Shown one piece after another: positions 1-12,573 of a DNA stretch of 64,000 bases. The DNA is from Ginglymostoma cirratum. Its lineage: Eukaryota. The translations under genes and the position numbers were made by a program. The stretch lies in the NCBI GenBank assembly GCA_024137785.1, contig JAHRHZ010000009.1, forward strand, positions 26,071,890-26,135,889, given 5' to 3'. The notes under the pieces are model-generated. The model saw only the letters and a list, made by a program, of their open reading frames with translations, did no database searches and was not told the origin of the DNA. Position 1 is the first letter of the stretch. Each line of letters starts with the position of its first letter.

Positions 1-1776
1 AGCAGCATAGGAAGACTTTGGTCATCTATCCTCATATCTCCTTATTTGGTCTGGTGTCACTTTTTGATACACTGTTGTGAAATACCTTGGAATGTCAATG
101 GTGCTATATAAAACCAAGTTTGTGTAATCTTTATCTTGTGGATGATGTATGAACATTAGCTCCATTTTATCTGAAGAATTTGATTCGTCATGTTCTTGAT
201 ATTCATTTATGTTCTTTGGGAAAGATTTACTCCAGAAGTCTTCTAACTTTTCCATTGCTATGCATTTGGACTGCCTGGATAACAACATTTGAGGAATGTT
301 TGACTCTCTCGACATCAAAAGCTAGGAATAGGAATAGTTCTCTTTGCATGCTAACCTGCTAGAATTTACTACATCATCTGGAAACAGCCTTTTGTCATCA
401 GCACAACCTTTTGTTACATATGGAGGGAGAACTGATCACACCAAAGGGGTGTTTATATTTATGTAGGGAACCTATAGACAGTACTGGGGAAGCTCTGAAA
501 TGACCGTACCCAAATCAAAGTACAAAAAGGTCAGTAGAGAATGTAGCTTTGTTGACTGTGCTCCAATGACGTCCTTACCCTGGTTCAGAAATACACAATG
601 TAATGCACTAGGCATAAGTTAACAAGGATATTCTGAGCCCCATCTGCAACCTGTCAGCCAGATGTTCCTTCCATTGAGATGGTAACATAGAATCTGATGT
701 GCTTTTAGAGTTAATAAATTCTTCATTGCCTCCACCCCTAACCAAAGCTGTATTTTACATGCCCCCGCCAGCTGTGTTTATTTCACTTGCCGTCACGTTT
801 AAAAGTTGTGAGCTTGCCACCTTCCCACCCATTTCCACAGATCACCCCCGTAATGCAGTTGGGAGAGTAGGTGCTGAAATCAGCCTGTCACCCACTATTT
901 GATATTAAACTATCGAAGACCAATTGAGGTTGTTAAATGCTCAATTGACTCAGAACATGCTGCCCACCCCAAAATACTGAGCCTTATGAAAGTTGGTGGG
1001 TCGATCTTGACTGCCTATATTAGCAAAGGTGGGAAAGAAGCCCGGGGGAGAAACATTTCATTTGGAGTGCCTTGTATACTTGGAGAAGACCGCCCCCCAC
1101 CCCACCTTCCTTCTGTGCAGCTCACCTGATAGAAACGGACTCTCCACCCTACTCTTGAGATCTGGCCCCATTCTAAAGTCCTGAGAGTCACATGGATATG
1201 CCACGATCCTCTTTAACCCTCTTACTGCAGTGCCTCCTATGAGCTTCTGGTTCTGCCTGCAAATCCAGTTCAGTCAGGGCTTTGAGAATGGTATGCATGT
1301 GACAAGCAGCAGATAATGTATGGGGAAAAGGGATTAGCTCTGTTGCTGTTGCAGAGAGCCAGTACAGACATGACAAGCCAAATGGCTGGCTGCTCCAGTG
1401 CTGTAGCCATTCTGATTCTGTGAAAGTTCAGAAGACTCTGAGAGAGCTGATGGAATTTTCATGTTGAAATGTGACCATGGATATTGGAATGTGATTATCA
1501 ATGATGACCTGATATTCATATCCGGGGAGGTGAGAAGGACTCCATTATTATTGGCCACTTGATTCATTGGTGCTTGTTTGACCAATAACAACTCAAAGGC
1601 TTATGGTAGTGATAAAAATTTGCAATTCAACCCCTCCGCCCTCTTCCCTCCACCCCCCCCAACCCCACTTTCACTTGCTGGGGGCATGAAATGTCGACTT
1701 GCTTCATAATTTAAGTAAACATGTTCTATTAATTAGACTTAATGTTCTGGTTCTGTTCTATATTGAACAGCCTCTG

Positions 1777-2400
1777 GAGTCATCGAGGTTTACAGCATGG
1801 AAACAGACCCTTCGGCCCAACTTATCTATACCACCCAGTTTTCACAATTAATCTCGCCCCATTTTCCTCATTTGGTCCATATTCCTCCATACCTATCCCA
1901 TCTGTGTACCTGTCCAAATGCTTTTAAATGACAAATTGTACTTGCCTCCACCATTACCTCTAGCAGCCCATTTCCAACACTCACTACCCTCTGTGTGGGA
2001 AAAAATTGCCCCCTGGACACTTTTGTATCTTTTCCCCCCTCACCTTAACCTTATGCTCTCCAGTTTTAAGACTCTCCTACCATGGGGGAGAAACTGTTGG
2101 CTATCTACTTTTTCTATGTCTGTCATGATTTTATAAACCTCTATAATGTCACCCCTGAACCTCCTCTGCTCCGGGGGAGAAAAGTCCCAGCCCCTCCTTA
2201 TAACTAAAACCTTCCAGTCCACGTAACATCCTAACAAATGTTTTCTGCACTCTTTCTAATTTATTAATATCCTTTCTGTAACAGGGCAACCAGAACTACA
2301 CTTGGTACTCTGGATGTGGCCTGACTAATGTTGCAGCCGCATTAGACAAGATGCCCCAACTCTTGTACTCAATGTTATGACCAATGAAAGCAAGCATGCT
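1777..2400 (-). mobile_element. CR1-type LINE, 5'-truncated 3' fragment
   Basis: minus-strand peptide ..RRFRGDIIEVYKIMTDIEKVD.. (CR1 ORF2 C-terminus); 3' tail is similar to the reverse complement of 5900-6020. Confidence 0.9.
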
Positions 2401-2709
2401 TTTGGCACGCTTGCTTTCATCGGTAAGAACCTCCAAAAGTTCTCTTTTTTTTTTTAAATGTACAATATATTAAGCACCTCTAATCCTGGCATGGTGGCCT
2501 CTTTCCTTTTTAAGACTTTGTTGCAATCTCTCACCATTCCTTGCCCTAATTTGATGTCTGTTTGGTTTTAATTTATTTCTCATCCTATTTTGTCACTTGT
2601 TTGATATATTTTCAACTTGTATTTTCATGGACTCTTTGTTTCAAATTAATTCTGACCTTTGTTTTCTTACTATTGCACATCTAAATATGCAAAGACCTTT
2701 TGAAGTATC

Positions 2710-3170
2710 ACAAAAACATAAATAGGAGCTTGAGTAGGCCAGGTTCAAGCTTGCTGTACTATCAGCAAAATCATGGCTGAGAGTCAACTTCAGATCCTGC
2801 ACACCCACATCCCTTCATTCCTCCATGTCCAAAAATGTATTGACTTCCTCCTTGAATGCATTCTATCTCTGTGTATCCAAATGCACAGCCCTTTTGGAGT
2901 GAAGAAACTTATCCTCATTCCCGATTGTGTTCAAACCTGTAGATTCCCTAGTTAGGGGTAACATTTTCTCTGCATCTATACAGTTAACCCACTTAAGAAT
3001 TTTATGTGCTTCAGTAAGCCCATCTTCTAAATTCCAGGGAATATAGTGCTAGTTCTCTCAATCTCTCTGTGTAGGACAGTCCTGTCACCCAAGCATCAAT
3101 GTAGCTCATCCTTGGGTAAGGAAATGGGATTTCCACACTGTACTCTAGATGTATCACTACTTTCCTGTAT
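2710..3170 (-). mobile_element. older, strongly decayed CR1-like LINE 3' fragment
   Basis: cataaataggagc...gtaggcc tail and CR1-like minus-strand remnants; boundaries approximate. Confidence 0.55.
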
Positions 3171-3691
3171 GATGATCATTCACATGTTCAGTGGCCACCA
3201 CTGTTGAGTGGCTAATTGATTAATGAGCCAGCCAGTGGAGTTAATAGCTGACTGGCAAGCTTCTTGGCCTGTTACAGGCCTTGCCAGTGAAGACCCACCT
3301 TTCCAGAATCTGGTACGGTTGAGTGAATTTGTGCCGTATCTGTGGGGGAAACGTTACTGCCCCCATTGACCCTGGTTTTTACGTTTGAAATGTTGTAAAT
3401 TGATCAAGCTGGATGGACTGGAACTGCAGTGCAATAAGTGAAGCTATTCATTTGAAAAGCTCAGACTTGAGGAATGGTGTGCTGGCTGACCTGGTACTTC
3501 TATCGTACGAAAAGACATCCTGTAGTGTTTGGTTATAATAGAATCCATTCAATGCATTTAATGGGAATAAGAACTAGCAGGGATTTATGAAACAAAGTTA
3601 TGTTCCATAAATTTTCTTGAACAATGTTTCTTATTCATACATTCTTATCTTTCCATGTCAAATGTTTAAATGGAAAATGGCACGTTTACAG

Positions 3692-3805
3692 GTTCTGATC
3701 ACAATATATTGGCTTGGTAGAAGAGCACAGCAAGAGCCTCATTATAATGGACCGTACCTTAACCTGAAAGCATTTGAAGGGCTACTTGGGCAAACTCTGA
3801 CGAAG
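3692..3805 (+). CDS. LMO7: LMO7 internal exon, C-terminal end of calponin-homology region ([38 protein letters not shown])
   Basis: ttacag|GTT...AAG|gtgag, 114 nt, phase 0-0; closely matches the recalled vertebrate LMO7 segment VLITLYWLGRKAQ..YNGPHLNLKAFE.LLGQ.LTK. Confidence 0.95.
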
Positions 3806-4060
3806 GTGAGTTACAGTTTACTAATCTGTAAATGTTCAGGACAAGGCTAACTTAAAACAGAACAGTCAAATATTGATGAGACATCTTCGTGATGCATGAT
3901 GCGCAAAATAGATTGGGAGCGGCAATCTGAGAAGCTGTTCACAAGCTGCAGATTTATGGGTAGGACACATGTAAATCACCGGAATATGTTAAATGGATTG
4001 AGTTTGCCTCCTATGTTAAGGAAAAATGGGAGATAGAGAGGAAATGCATAATGTCTGGAA

Positions 4061-4062
<2 letters not shown>

Positions 4063-4131
<69 letters not shown>

Positions 4132-4132
4132 G
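4063..4132. repeat. compound microsatellite (TG)24(AG)11
   Basis: directly visible. Confidence 0.98.
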
Positions 4133-4534
4133 CGAATTCAAATGTTGTATACCAGGCACGGAGCACTTCAAGGAGCATGGATAAGAAAATATGTCCTTGC
4201 TTCTGGTTATACAGTTAGTAGTTAGTGGGTAATGAAGATTGATAATGTAGCAAATAGGATAGTTTTCAACAAAGATATAACCAGAGTGTCAGAAATAATT
4301 TGCAGGTATGGAGAGAGAAGCAGTATTCATAGGCAGAATCTTAAAGGAGCCTGAAGGATGTGGGCTCAGTTTAGAAACATGGTGGAACTACGTGAGAAGT
4401 CCACAGAGGTCTATGTCGACATCGAAAGTAGCTCATTGGAATTTTTAAGTTGCAAGCTGCGATTCTCACTCAGCAATGCAAGTTGCCTATTGAAGAGGAT
4501 TTTTATTGACCTTTATTAACTGCACAGGAAAAGG

Positions 4535-6022
4535 AAAGGGGAAGAAAAAGCCAGGGGACTGTAGACCAATGACGTTGATTGTCAGTGGTGGGCAAGTTGT
4601 TGGAGGGGATCCTGAGGGACAGGATTTACATGTATTTGGAAAGGCAACAACTGAGTAGGGATAGTCGACATGGCTTAGTGCATGGGAAATTGTCTCTCGC
4701 TAACTTGATTTAGTTTTTTGAGGAAGTTACAAAGAGGATTGATGGTGGCAGAGCTGTGAACATGATCTATTGGACGTGAAGGTTCCTCATGGTAGACTGG
4801 TTAGCAAGGTTAGATCATATGGAATACAGGGAGAACTAGCCATTTGGAAACAGAACTGGCTTGAAGGTAGGAGAAGGGTTGGTGGAGATGGTTTCTTTTC
4901 AGACTGGAGGCCTGTGACCAGCTGTGTGCCACAAGGATTGGTGCTGGGTCCACTACTTTTTGTCATTTATATAAATGATTTGGTGTGAACATAGGAGGAA
5001 TGGTTAGTAAGTTTGCAGATGACACCAAAATTGAAGGTTTAGTGGACAGTGAAGAAGGTTAAATCAGAGTACAACGGGACCCTGATCAGATGTGCCAATT
5101 GGGCAAGGGGTGGCAGATGGAGTTTAATTTAGATAAATGTGAGGTGTTGCATGTTGGAAAGGCAAATCAGGGTAGGACTTATACACTTAATGGTAAGGTC
5201 CTGGGGAGTGTTGCTGAACAAAAAGACCTTGGAATGCATGTTCACAGTTCCTTGAGAGTGGAGTTGCAGGTAGATAGGATAGTGAAGAAGGTGTTTGGTA
5301 TGTTTGCCTTTATTGGTCAGTGCTTTGAGTATAGGAGTTGGGAGGTCATATTGTGGCTGTACAGGACATTAGGCCACTTTTGGATTACTGTGTTCAGTTC
5401 TGGTCACCCTGTTGTAGGAAGTACGCTGTGAAACTTCAAAGGGTTCAGAAAAGATTTACCAGGATGTTGCCAGTGTTGGAGTGTTTGAGCTATAAGGAGA
5501 GGCTAAATAGGTTGAGGCTATTTTCCTTGGAGCGTTGACGGCTGAGGGGTGACTTTATTGAGGTTTATAAAATCAGGAAGGGCACGCATAGGTTGAATTG
5601 ACAAGGTCTTTTCCCCAGAGTAAGGGTTCTTCAGTTTTGCCAGCGTTGAGAGACAGACTGTTTTCATTGCACCACGTCACCAAGCCCTCCATCTCCCTAC
5701 TGCTTTTTGACCATTTTGAGCAGAGACCAAAACTAGAGGGCATAGGTTTAAGGTAAGAGGGGGAAAGATTTAAAAGGGACCTGAGGGGCAACCTTTTCAG
5801 AGGGTGGTGTGTATATGGAATGAGCTGCCAGAGGGAAGTGGTGGAGGCTGGTACATTTACAACATTTAAAAGGCACCTGGATGGGTATATGAACAGGAAG
5901 GATTTAGAAGGAGATGGGCCAAATGCTGGCAAATGCAACCAGACTAATTTAGAATATCTGGTTGGTGTGGACAAGTTGGATTAAAGGATATGTTTCCATG
6001 CTGTACAGTTCTATGACTCTAT
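4535..6022 (+). mobile_element. CR1-type LINE, decayed RT half of ORF2 plus 3' UTR
   Basis: fragments [48 protein letters not shown], with stops and frameshifts; ends ctatgactctat. Confidence 0.95.
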
Positions 6023-6039
6023 CTCTCCTCATAAACAGT

Positions 6040-7300
6040 TTTGTACTGTACTACTTGCTGTTAGGAAACCAGACACCTAAAGATATAAATATGGAAGACA
6101 GAAGGTGACCTGGTGACTTCAGTTCGCTGTTTGTTCCAAAGGACCCTCCATGTTAGACAGCGAGCACCAACATCTCAGGGCGCACTATGTACACCAGCCA
6201 GGTGCACATTGGTATCTGACATGTGCCAGCCTCCAAGAGCCCTCATGCCACATCTCCAATCCAGCTAGAGAACATTTCTGTATTTCAGTGGTGCACTTTG
6301 GGGTGTAACCTCAATGATATTGTAATGCTCCAGCTAGGACACTGTCCTCAGGAACACACACACAGCTCATCGACTGCGTCCACTAAGGTCCACTGTGTGC
6401 TCTTTTAGTGCTCACTCACTATGAGCCTTCCTGGAAACTTGCCGCATCCATGCCTCGTCTTGCCTTTTTGTGCCTTCTCCCTCAGCCAGGACATTTTTGC
6501 CCTATGGTGTACTGTTTTCTTCCTGGAAGGAGAGGGGAGGGTATTATGAGAGATGGAGGTGAGTAGGTCCAGGTGGGTCCAGCTGTTATTCTTGATGCAG
6601 GTGGGGAGGTGTCTAGTGTGAGTGAGCAAGCAGCACAGAGGACATGCAGTGTTAGTGGTATCAGGGGTTGGTGTGGCTGATGGTAAGGGAGGGAAAATAT
6701 TGCAGGCCATAGTAAGAATGGTAGGACATGAGCCTTGGTAGGAGGTGGATGCAAAAGGAGAGAGAGTGCGAGATATTGGAGAGAAGGTGGCACTACTGCT
6801 TGTGGACTGGAGGAGGTTATTGACCCTCTGTTGTACAGTGCTGAGCATTCCTTTAGACTGCTTTAACTTTGGTTCCAGCATTGGATTGGGCTGACATGGT
6901 CTGGTGCCATGGCTTCCACTGCTAGTCATTGGGGAAAGTGAAGTCCCACCTGTGCACACCCATCAATCAGGACCTTCAGGTCCCTACCTGCAAAACAGGG
7001 CATCAATTTCCCCTAAAACCCATGTCTGCCACATTAGGGAAATGTCAGGAACCGTGCAGGGTGGCTGTGGGCTAAGTGTTTATTCAGGTGTAGACCAACC
7101 TTTTAAAGATGGTGCCAGTCCATTCTTAGACATTCTGGCAGTGGTGAGTTGTTCCAGGCATAGCCGGTGGTCAAATGGGGATAAAATTGGATGAGAGAAG
7201 TGGGTAGGTAGCTCATGAGGTAAATTTGGTAAAATGCACGAGAAGCCGTCTCTAAAGCTTGACAAAATTGACCCTTTGCCAAAAATTAGTTTCAGCCTTG
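6040..7300 (-). mobile_element. decayed PIF/Harbinger-like element carrying a Myb/SANT-like DNA-binding ORF remnant
   Basis: minus-strand pieces GKLMPCFAGRDLKVLIDG / VHRWDFTFPND..KPWHQT / RNAQHC / QRVNNLLQST resemble the APRF..DLE.L.D...RRDVLFP...QC.KR.NDL pattern; frameshifted; boundaries approximate. Confidence 0.55.
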
Positions 7301-7308
7301 TGGCCCTT

Positions 7309-7566
7309 TCATAGAATCCCTACGGTACTGAATGAAGCCATTCGGCCCATTGGGTCCACACTAACGTTTCTGAAGAGCATCCCACCCAGACTTGCCCCAC
7401 TCCTGTAACCCTGCAGTTACCATGGCTTATCCACCTAACCTACACACCTTGTGGACTGACAGGAAACCAGAGCGTCTGGAGGAAACCCATGCAAACTCCA
7501 CACAAGACAGTCGTAATAAGGCTAGAACTGAACATGGGTCCCTGGCACTGAGGCACCATGCCACCT
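7309..7566 (-). mobile_element. tRNA-derived SINE (HE1/V-SINE-like)
   Basis: catagaatccctac tail, ccacctaacctacac...ggaggaaacccatgca core, B-box-like head; similar to 16349-16660. Confidence 0.8.
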
Positions 7567-7929
7567 GGTGGCAGACCAAAAATATCACCGGCATTAATAG
7601 TCGATACAGAGACATGGGAAGAGGGGAGTAGAGGAAATGGTGAAAATGCAAATATGATTGTGTGGATGGTGGGAGAAAATACATCATGAGGGATGACAGT
7701 GCAAGATGAAAGTGATAGAAATGGAAGTAAGGAAGCAAGAAGTGGGCCTTAGTTGTTGAATCTGGTATTTAGTCCAGACCATGGAAAGGTCAGGCCTAAT
7801 CTTCAAGCTGTCACAGAGTTTTATTGGACAAATATTGAAGGCTGAGTGTAAACGTCAGAAGAGTGGGACAGCTGTTTAATTTGGCAAGTGACCAGAAACC
7901 TTGGGATCACACATAAAAGTGATGATCTT

Positions 7930-8190
7930 AAGGACATACGCAAAAGAAACAAGGGTGATGTGAGGAAGAAATTATCACTCAGCAAGTACATAGAATGCAC
8001 TGCCTGGAGATGTGGTGGAGGCAGATTTAACTCAGCGTTCAAGAGGTCATTAGGTTATTATATGGATTAAAATAGTGTTCAAGTGAATGGGGAGAAAGTG
8101 GGAAATTGGCTGTAAGTAATGATGCGTGTTTGAAGGGTTAGTACAGGCACAGTGGGCTGAATGGCCTCCTTCTGTATCATCATAATTCTT
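7930..8190 (+). mobile_element. decayed CR1-like LINE 3' end
   Basis: gtggtggaggcag...ttcaagagg...gggctgaatggcctccttctgt tail. Confidence 0.65.
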
Positions 8191-8552
8191 GTGATATTTG
8201 CATACCGAATGGAGACTCAAGAGCAATTAACCAATCTGCATTTGGAGTCTCCACTGTAGAGGAAGTGATGGATGCAGTGTTATAAGGGAGCAGTTACAGC
8301 TGCATGAGTGTTGTTGAGTCTTAGGCAACCACTTGGCAATGAAGGAGGGATTTTCCGATGCGTTTAAGAGCAGTGTCAAAGTAGTCTTCAGAGAGTCTTC
8401 ACTAATTTCGGTACTTCTGCTGTATTAATAAATAAATAAGAGCAATGTTGAAACAATGATTGTTCTTTTCCTGATCTGGAGAATTTCGTAACCTTTTTAC
8501 GGCTTTGGTATCATTGAATTCTAATTTGTGTTATGTCAATAAAGCGCCCTCT

Positions 8553-8645
8553 TACGGTGCAGAGTTGGTGTCCCTATCCCTGAACCGAGAAGCCCAGATT
8601 CAAGTCCCACCTGCTCCAGAGATGGGTAATAACATACTGATCAGG
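8553..8645 (+). mobile_element. tRNA-derived SINE head fragment
   Basis: A-box-like ggtgcagagttgg and B-box-like gattcaagtccc followed by acctgctccagag; no full cloverleaf. Confidence 0.55.
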
Positions 8646-8994
8646 AAAATGGGTTAAATTTTTAAAAAATGCTACCTTGACAGCTATCCGCAGACTGGGT
8701 TAGTTCACCAATGCATTGCAATCAAGTTAAACTGCTCCTGTATGCCACCCAGTGGCTAGTGTACAAACATGTAAAACCTGGCAGCAAGTCTGTTATCTTC
8801 CAACTAAGTTTGTATGACTTGGAAGATGAATTAACTGTAAAAATAAAATACGGTAATTGGTGAAGATGATGCTGGGCAGGGTCTAAGTATGCTTGTGGTA
8901 GTTAGCCTTGCACCTTCTGATCAGAGGAAAGAGCTGATGTGAATGAAAATTTTCATGTGCTGGGTCAACATTTGAGTCTTAAATCCCACTTTAG

Positions 8995-9193
8995 GCACTT
9001 GTGGACTCTGGCAGTCTGAAACGCAGTGGACGAGACAGTGGATACTGTGATATCTGGTGTACAGAAAGGAATGAGTCCATATCGCCGCAGCTCAGGCATA
9101 GAAGAGACGATTCACTTGATAGTTTAGACTCACTTGGGTCAAAGTCTGTTGCCAGTCTTTCATCAGACATAACATTAAAAGGCAGTAGTGAAG
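8995..9193 (+). CDS. LMO7: LMO7 exon ([21 protein letters not shown]...[13 protein letters not shown]...[11 protein letters not shown])
   Basis: tttag|GCA...GAAG|gtaag, 199 nt, phase 0-1; RSGRDSGY and DSLDS motifs typical of LMO7/LIMCH1. Confidence 0.95.
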
Positions 9194-9747
9194 GTAAGTC
9201 GAGTTTACTGTCAGCGTTCAGTCATAGACGTATTTTGGAGGGAACCACGTGTTGGTCATCCATTTCTGTGACCTATCCTGTTTGGAAAAATAATTTGGTG
9301 ATGGCCATTTTTAGCAGTTAAATGAAATCAATGACCATACAAAAATAGTGGTAAATTTCTCATTCAGACTGCTTTGTTATGTTATGAACCGAAATGCCAT
9401 GGGGCTGTCACAGAGCCACTGGCATTCTATTGCATTTTGTTTGTCCCTCGTGGAATGTTTTGCCTGATAAAAGAATTGACAGCATTTATCACTTGAGTGA
9501 AAATAATTTCTGGACTAAGAACATATCATAGTCTATTAATAGATTTCCAAAATTGGCTCGATGATTACTGTCAGTGATCTGTGAACCTCCAGACAAAGTG
9601 TTCCAGAGGGAACTAATATAGGCATCATGTGTTGGGTATTAGCAAAACACATTTGGAAGTCGGGAGTTGCACCAGTGGAGTTTGAAGAAATAACCAAGAA
9701 ACCACAGGTTTGAAATGATGTTTTTCTTCAACTCTTTGTTGGTTTAG

Positions 9748-10003
9748 GTGGTGGAAGTGACATTGAGTCAGACTATCTGAACAGCAAGACGATGGATGGA
9801 GCAAAGAATGATATGTCACTTCGCAGGACCTCCACTTCTGAGTATAAGCCTGTTGTGCCCTACAACCAATTCCTGCCATCAAAAAGCAAACCTGCAACTT
9901 ATATTCCAGCTCCACTGAAGAAAAAGCGAGCAGAAAGACATGAAGATAACAGAAGAAGTTGGGCAAGCCCGGTGTTTACAGAAAATGATGGAACGTTTTC
10001 AAG
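9748..10003 (+). CDS. LMO7: LMO7 exon (GGSDIESD...NDMSLRR...PYNQFLPSKS...YIPAPLKKKRAERHEDNRRSWASPVFTENDGTFS)
   Basis: tttag|GT...TCAAG|gtact, 256 nt, phase 1-2; conserved YxPAPLxKK and RRSWASP motifs. Confidence 0.95.
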
Positions 10004-10569
10004 GTACTTTGTTTTTATGAAACTGCTTGTATTTTGCAGTAGTTAGCACTTAATTATCACTGTGTACAGACGAGCTCATTGGAAAAAAGAAGTGACATAT
10101 CCAAATTATTGTGTAAGCATTGCTTTTCCAAATGCTGTTCAGCTAATTTCATTGTCAAGAAGGTGGATTGGGGAAAGTTGTATTTTCCTCACATTATAAA
10201 GCATATAAGCATGGACAGAATTCGAATGTACAACAATAAAAGTGTTTATAAAGAGGTCAAGTAGCAAGCTTGGATGAGAATGGCATTTGCGGCTAGGTTT
10301 CTGAATGGACCTTGCTAAATCCAGCTATATTAAGGGTGGAAATTTACTGGAGGGACAAGTTGCAATGTGTTGATCGTATCATTGGCTGCCTGAAGATGGT
10401 AACTGTTGGTGAAGTTAGTATGTCGGGAAAAATTAATGTGATCAGTCTCAATAAGCACCTGGCTTGGATAGGATTACTGATCATTCAGAAGCTCAAGCCT
10501 GCTTCATCTTTCACTTAGTGGCTTATCTATTGGTTTCATTTGCCCACTTTGTAGGCAAAAAAACAAAGT

Positions 10570-11030
10570 GCAAAAGGTAGTTCCTAGTTTCACTTGTAAA
10601 GGCCTGACTCCATTGTTAAGTTTCTGCCGTCTTAATCAGGATTTGCCACAAAATGAAGTAATTTCCCTATCTACTGTGTCTCATCCCCTAATAATTTTAA
10701 ATTCCCTGGTTACTTGCTCCTCCGACCTTTTCAAATGACGTAGTCTACATGCCGAGTTTCCACGTTGGTCCTCAATTTAATCCCCTAATCCTTGGTGTAA
10801 TTTTGGTAAACCTTTACTTTATCTCATCCAAGACCAGTAAATACTTACTGAGGTTTGCAACCCAGTACTGAAGGCACTGCATGAAGTGGAGTCTGACCGA
10901 GGTTTTGCACAATAGAAGCATCACTTCCTTTAATACTGAATTCCAACCTCCTTGAGGTAAAAAAAACTAGCATTCTATTGGCTTTTGATCATTGTGTATA
11001 GTGGTGTGTTGGCTCTAAGTGATTTGTGCA
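10570..11030 (-). mobile_element. old CR1-like LINE fragment
   Basis: minus-strand similarity to CR1 ORF2 C-terminus (cccagtactgaaggcactgc = CLQYW-like); boundaries approximate. Confidence 0.55.
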
Positions 11031-12255
11031 CTTAGTCTTACAAATAAACTGATCATTTTCCTTCTTGTAGGACTGATCGTTCGTGATATTAATATGTTTA
11101 TTAGTTCAGTTATGAATTATTTAAATTCATTTTCATTAATTTTTCCTTCAATAAAGGAATAATGATTTCCAGATTTAATTCTATGCTGCATCTTTTTAAA
11201 ACAAAACACATTACATTCCCAGGTAAAATTCCAGCCTCATTTTTTAGCATTATCTACTAATGGTAAAAAAAAATGATCTTCATGGTTGCCAAGCAAACAT
11301 GAAAAGATCATCAGTAGTCTGTATTGGTTGCCTTGACAACACAATGGTACTGCAATGGACAGGACTGAAAGAAGCCATTTTGGTCCATCCGGCTGACCTT
11401 TTGAACATTCTGTGGTAAGTGTTTCAAGAAAAGCAGACTTCCTGTCTGTTCACTTGAGATGTTCAATAAACAGTGCCAAGTATAATAATCTACCAAACTC
11501 TGATAACCTAGAACCATGTGTTTATCAGTAACATGCACCTCTAAGCACAGTGACCACCACCACCACCTCTTCAACCCGGCACCACAAAAGAAAACCATTC
11601 CGTTCCAGTTTTCCTGCTTCATCCATGTTTTTTTCCTCCTTTGTGAAACTGGTGCTAAATGCTCCCCACTATTAATTATCTTGCTGTTTTTCACTTGCTC
11701 AGGACAGTGCTTTGTTTCTTTACTACAAACATTTTAACTCCCTTTCCCTTTCCCTTTCATTCCATGATAGTTTTGTTACTTAAACTCCTGCCTTCTACTG
11801 TATCCCAGACATGGCCATTTGTTCTTCCAACAATCATCCCTTTCCAGTGGTTTATAACCCATTGCGTTCTGCCCTGCTTCAGTTCTCAAGATAACTTCTG
11901 TTTGAGTCAAAATATCAACTTTTTCCACAGATGCTGCCAGAATTGCAGAGTATTTCCAGCACTTTTTGAGTTCCAGCATCCTCAGTGTCTTACTTTTCTT
12001 TTCAGCAAGATTCCTTATTTTGAGAGGGTCTGAGAAAGAAAAGTAAACCTGATAATATAACGTAACGCTGTAGCCTCTGCTGATGTCAGAACTCGAATTG
12101 CTAGGTGCTACAGTGAATTTGTTTTTCCATATATCAGCTGTGATCAGACTCGCTGGACCAAAAGGCCTAATTCTGCTTCTATATCTTATGATCTTAATGT
12201 TGTGTGCTACTTGAATCTCATCTAGTTCAATCCAAATTTTCTTACTTGGCTTCAG

Positions 12256-12573
12256 TAGAAAAGAGAAATCTCTGAAGGATGAAACCGTTGCTGATGACGT
12301 GGGTACATGTAAAACTTCCACCAGAGGTGATGGTGGATCATCTGAAGAATTACCACATGTCTATCCTGACTCTGATTCTGGATCAGATAATGAAAGAAGG
12401 GAGCCTGATCCCTTGCTGGACGACTTTGCACGTCGGAAATTTGGTACACCCCTTGGTTTTGTAAGGCACACGCCTCTTCGACTGGATAAAAATTTACCAG
12501 TGCCACCTTGTCAAGCTTCTCCTTCGACTGAGAGCATCACTCCTTTAGTAGAAGAGAACGAGAAATCTGGAAG
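12256..12573 (+). CDS. LMO7: LMO7 probable cassette exon (RKEKSLKDE...DSDSGSDNERREPDPLLDDFARRKFG...EKSG)
   Basis: cttcag|T...GGAAG|gtcaga, 318 nt, phase 2-2, open frame; carries the DD..RR module seen in neighbouring exons. Confidence 0.8.
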
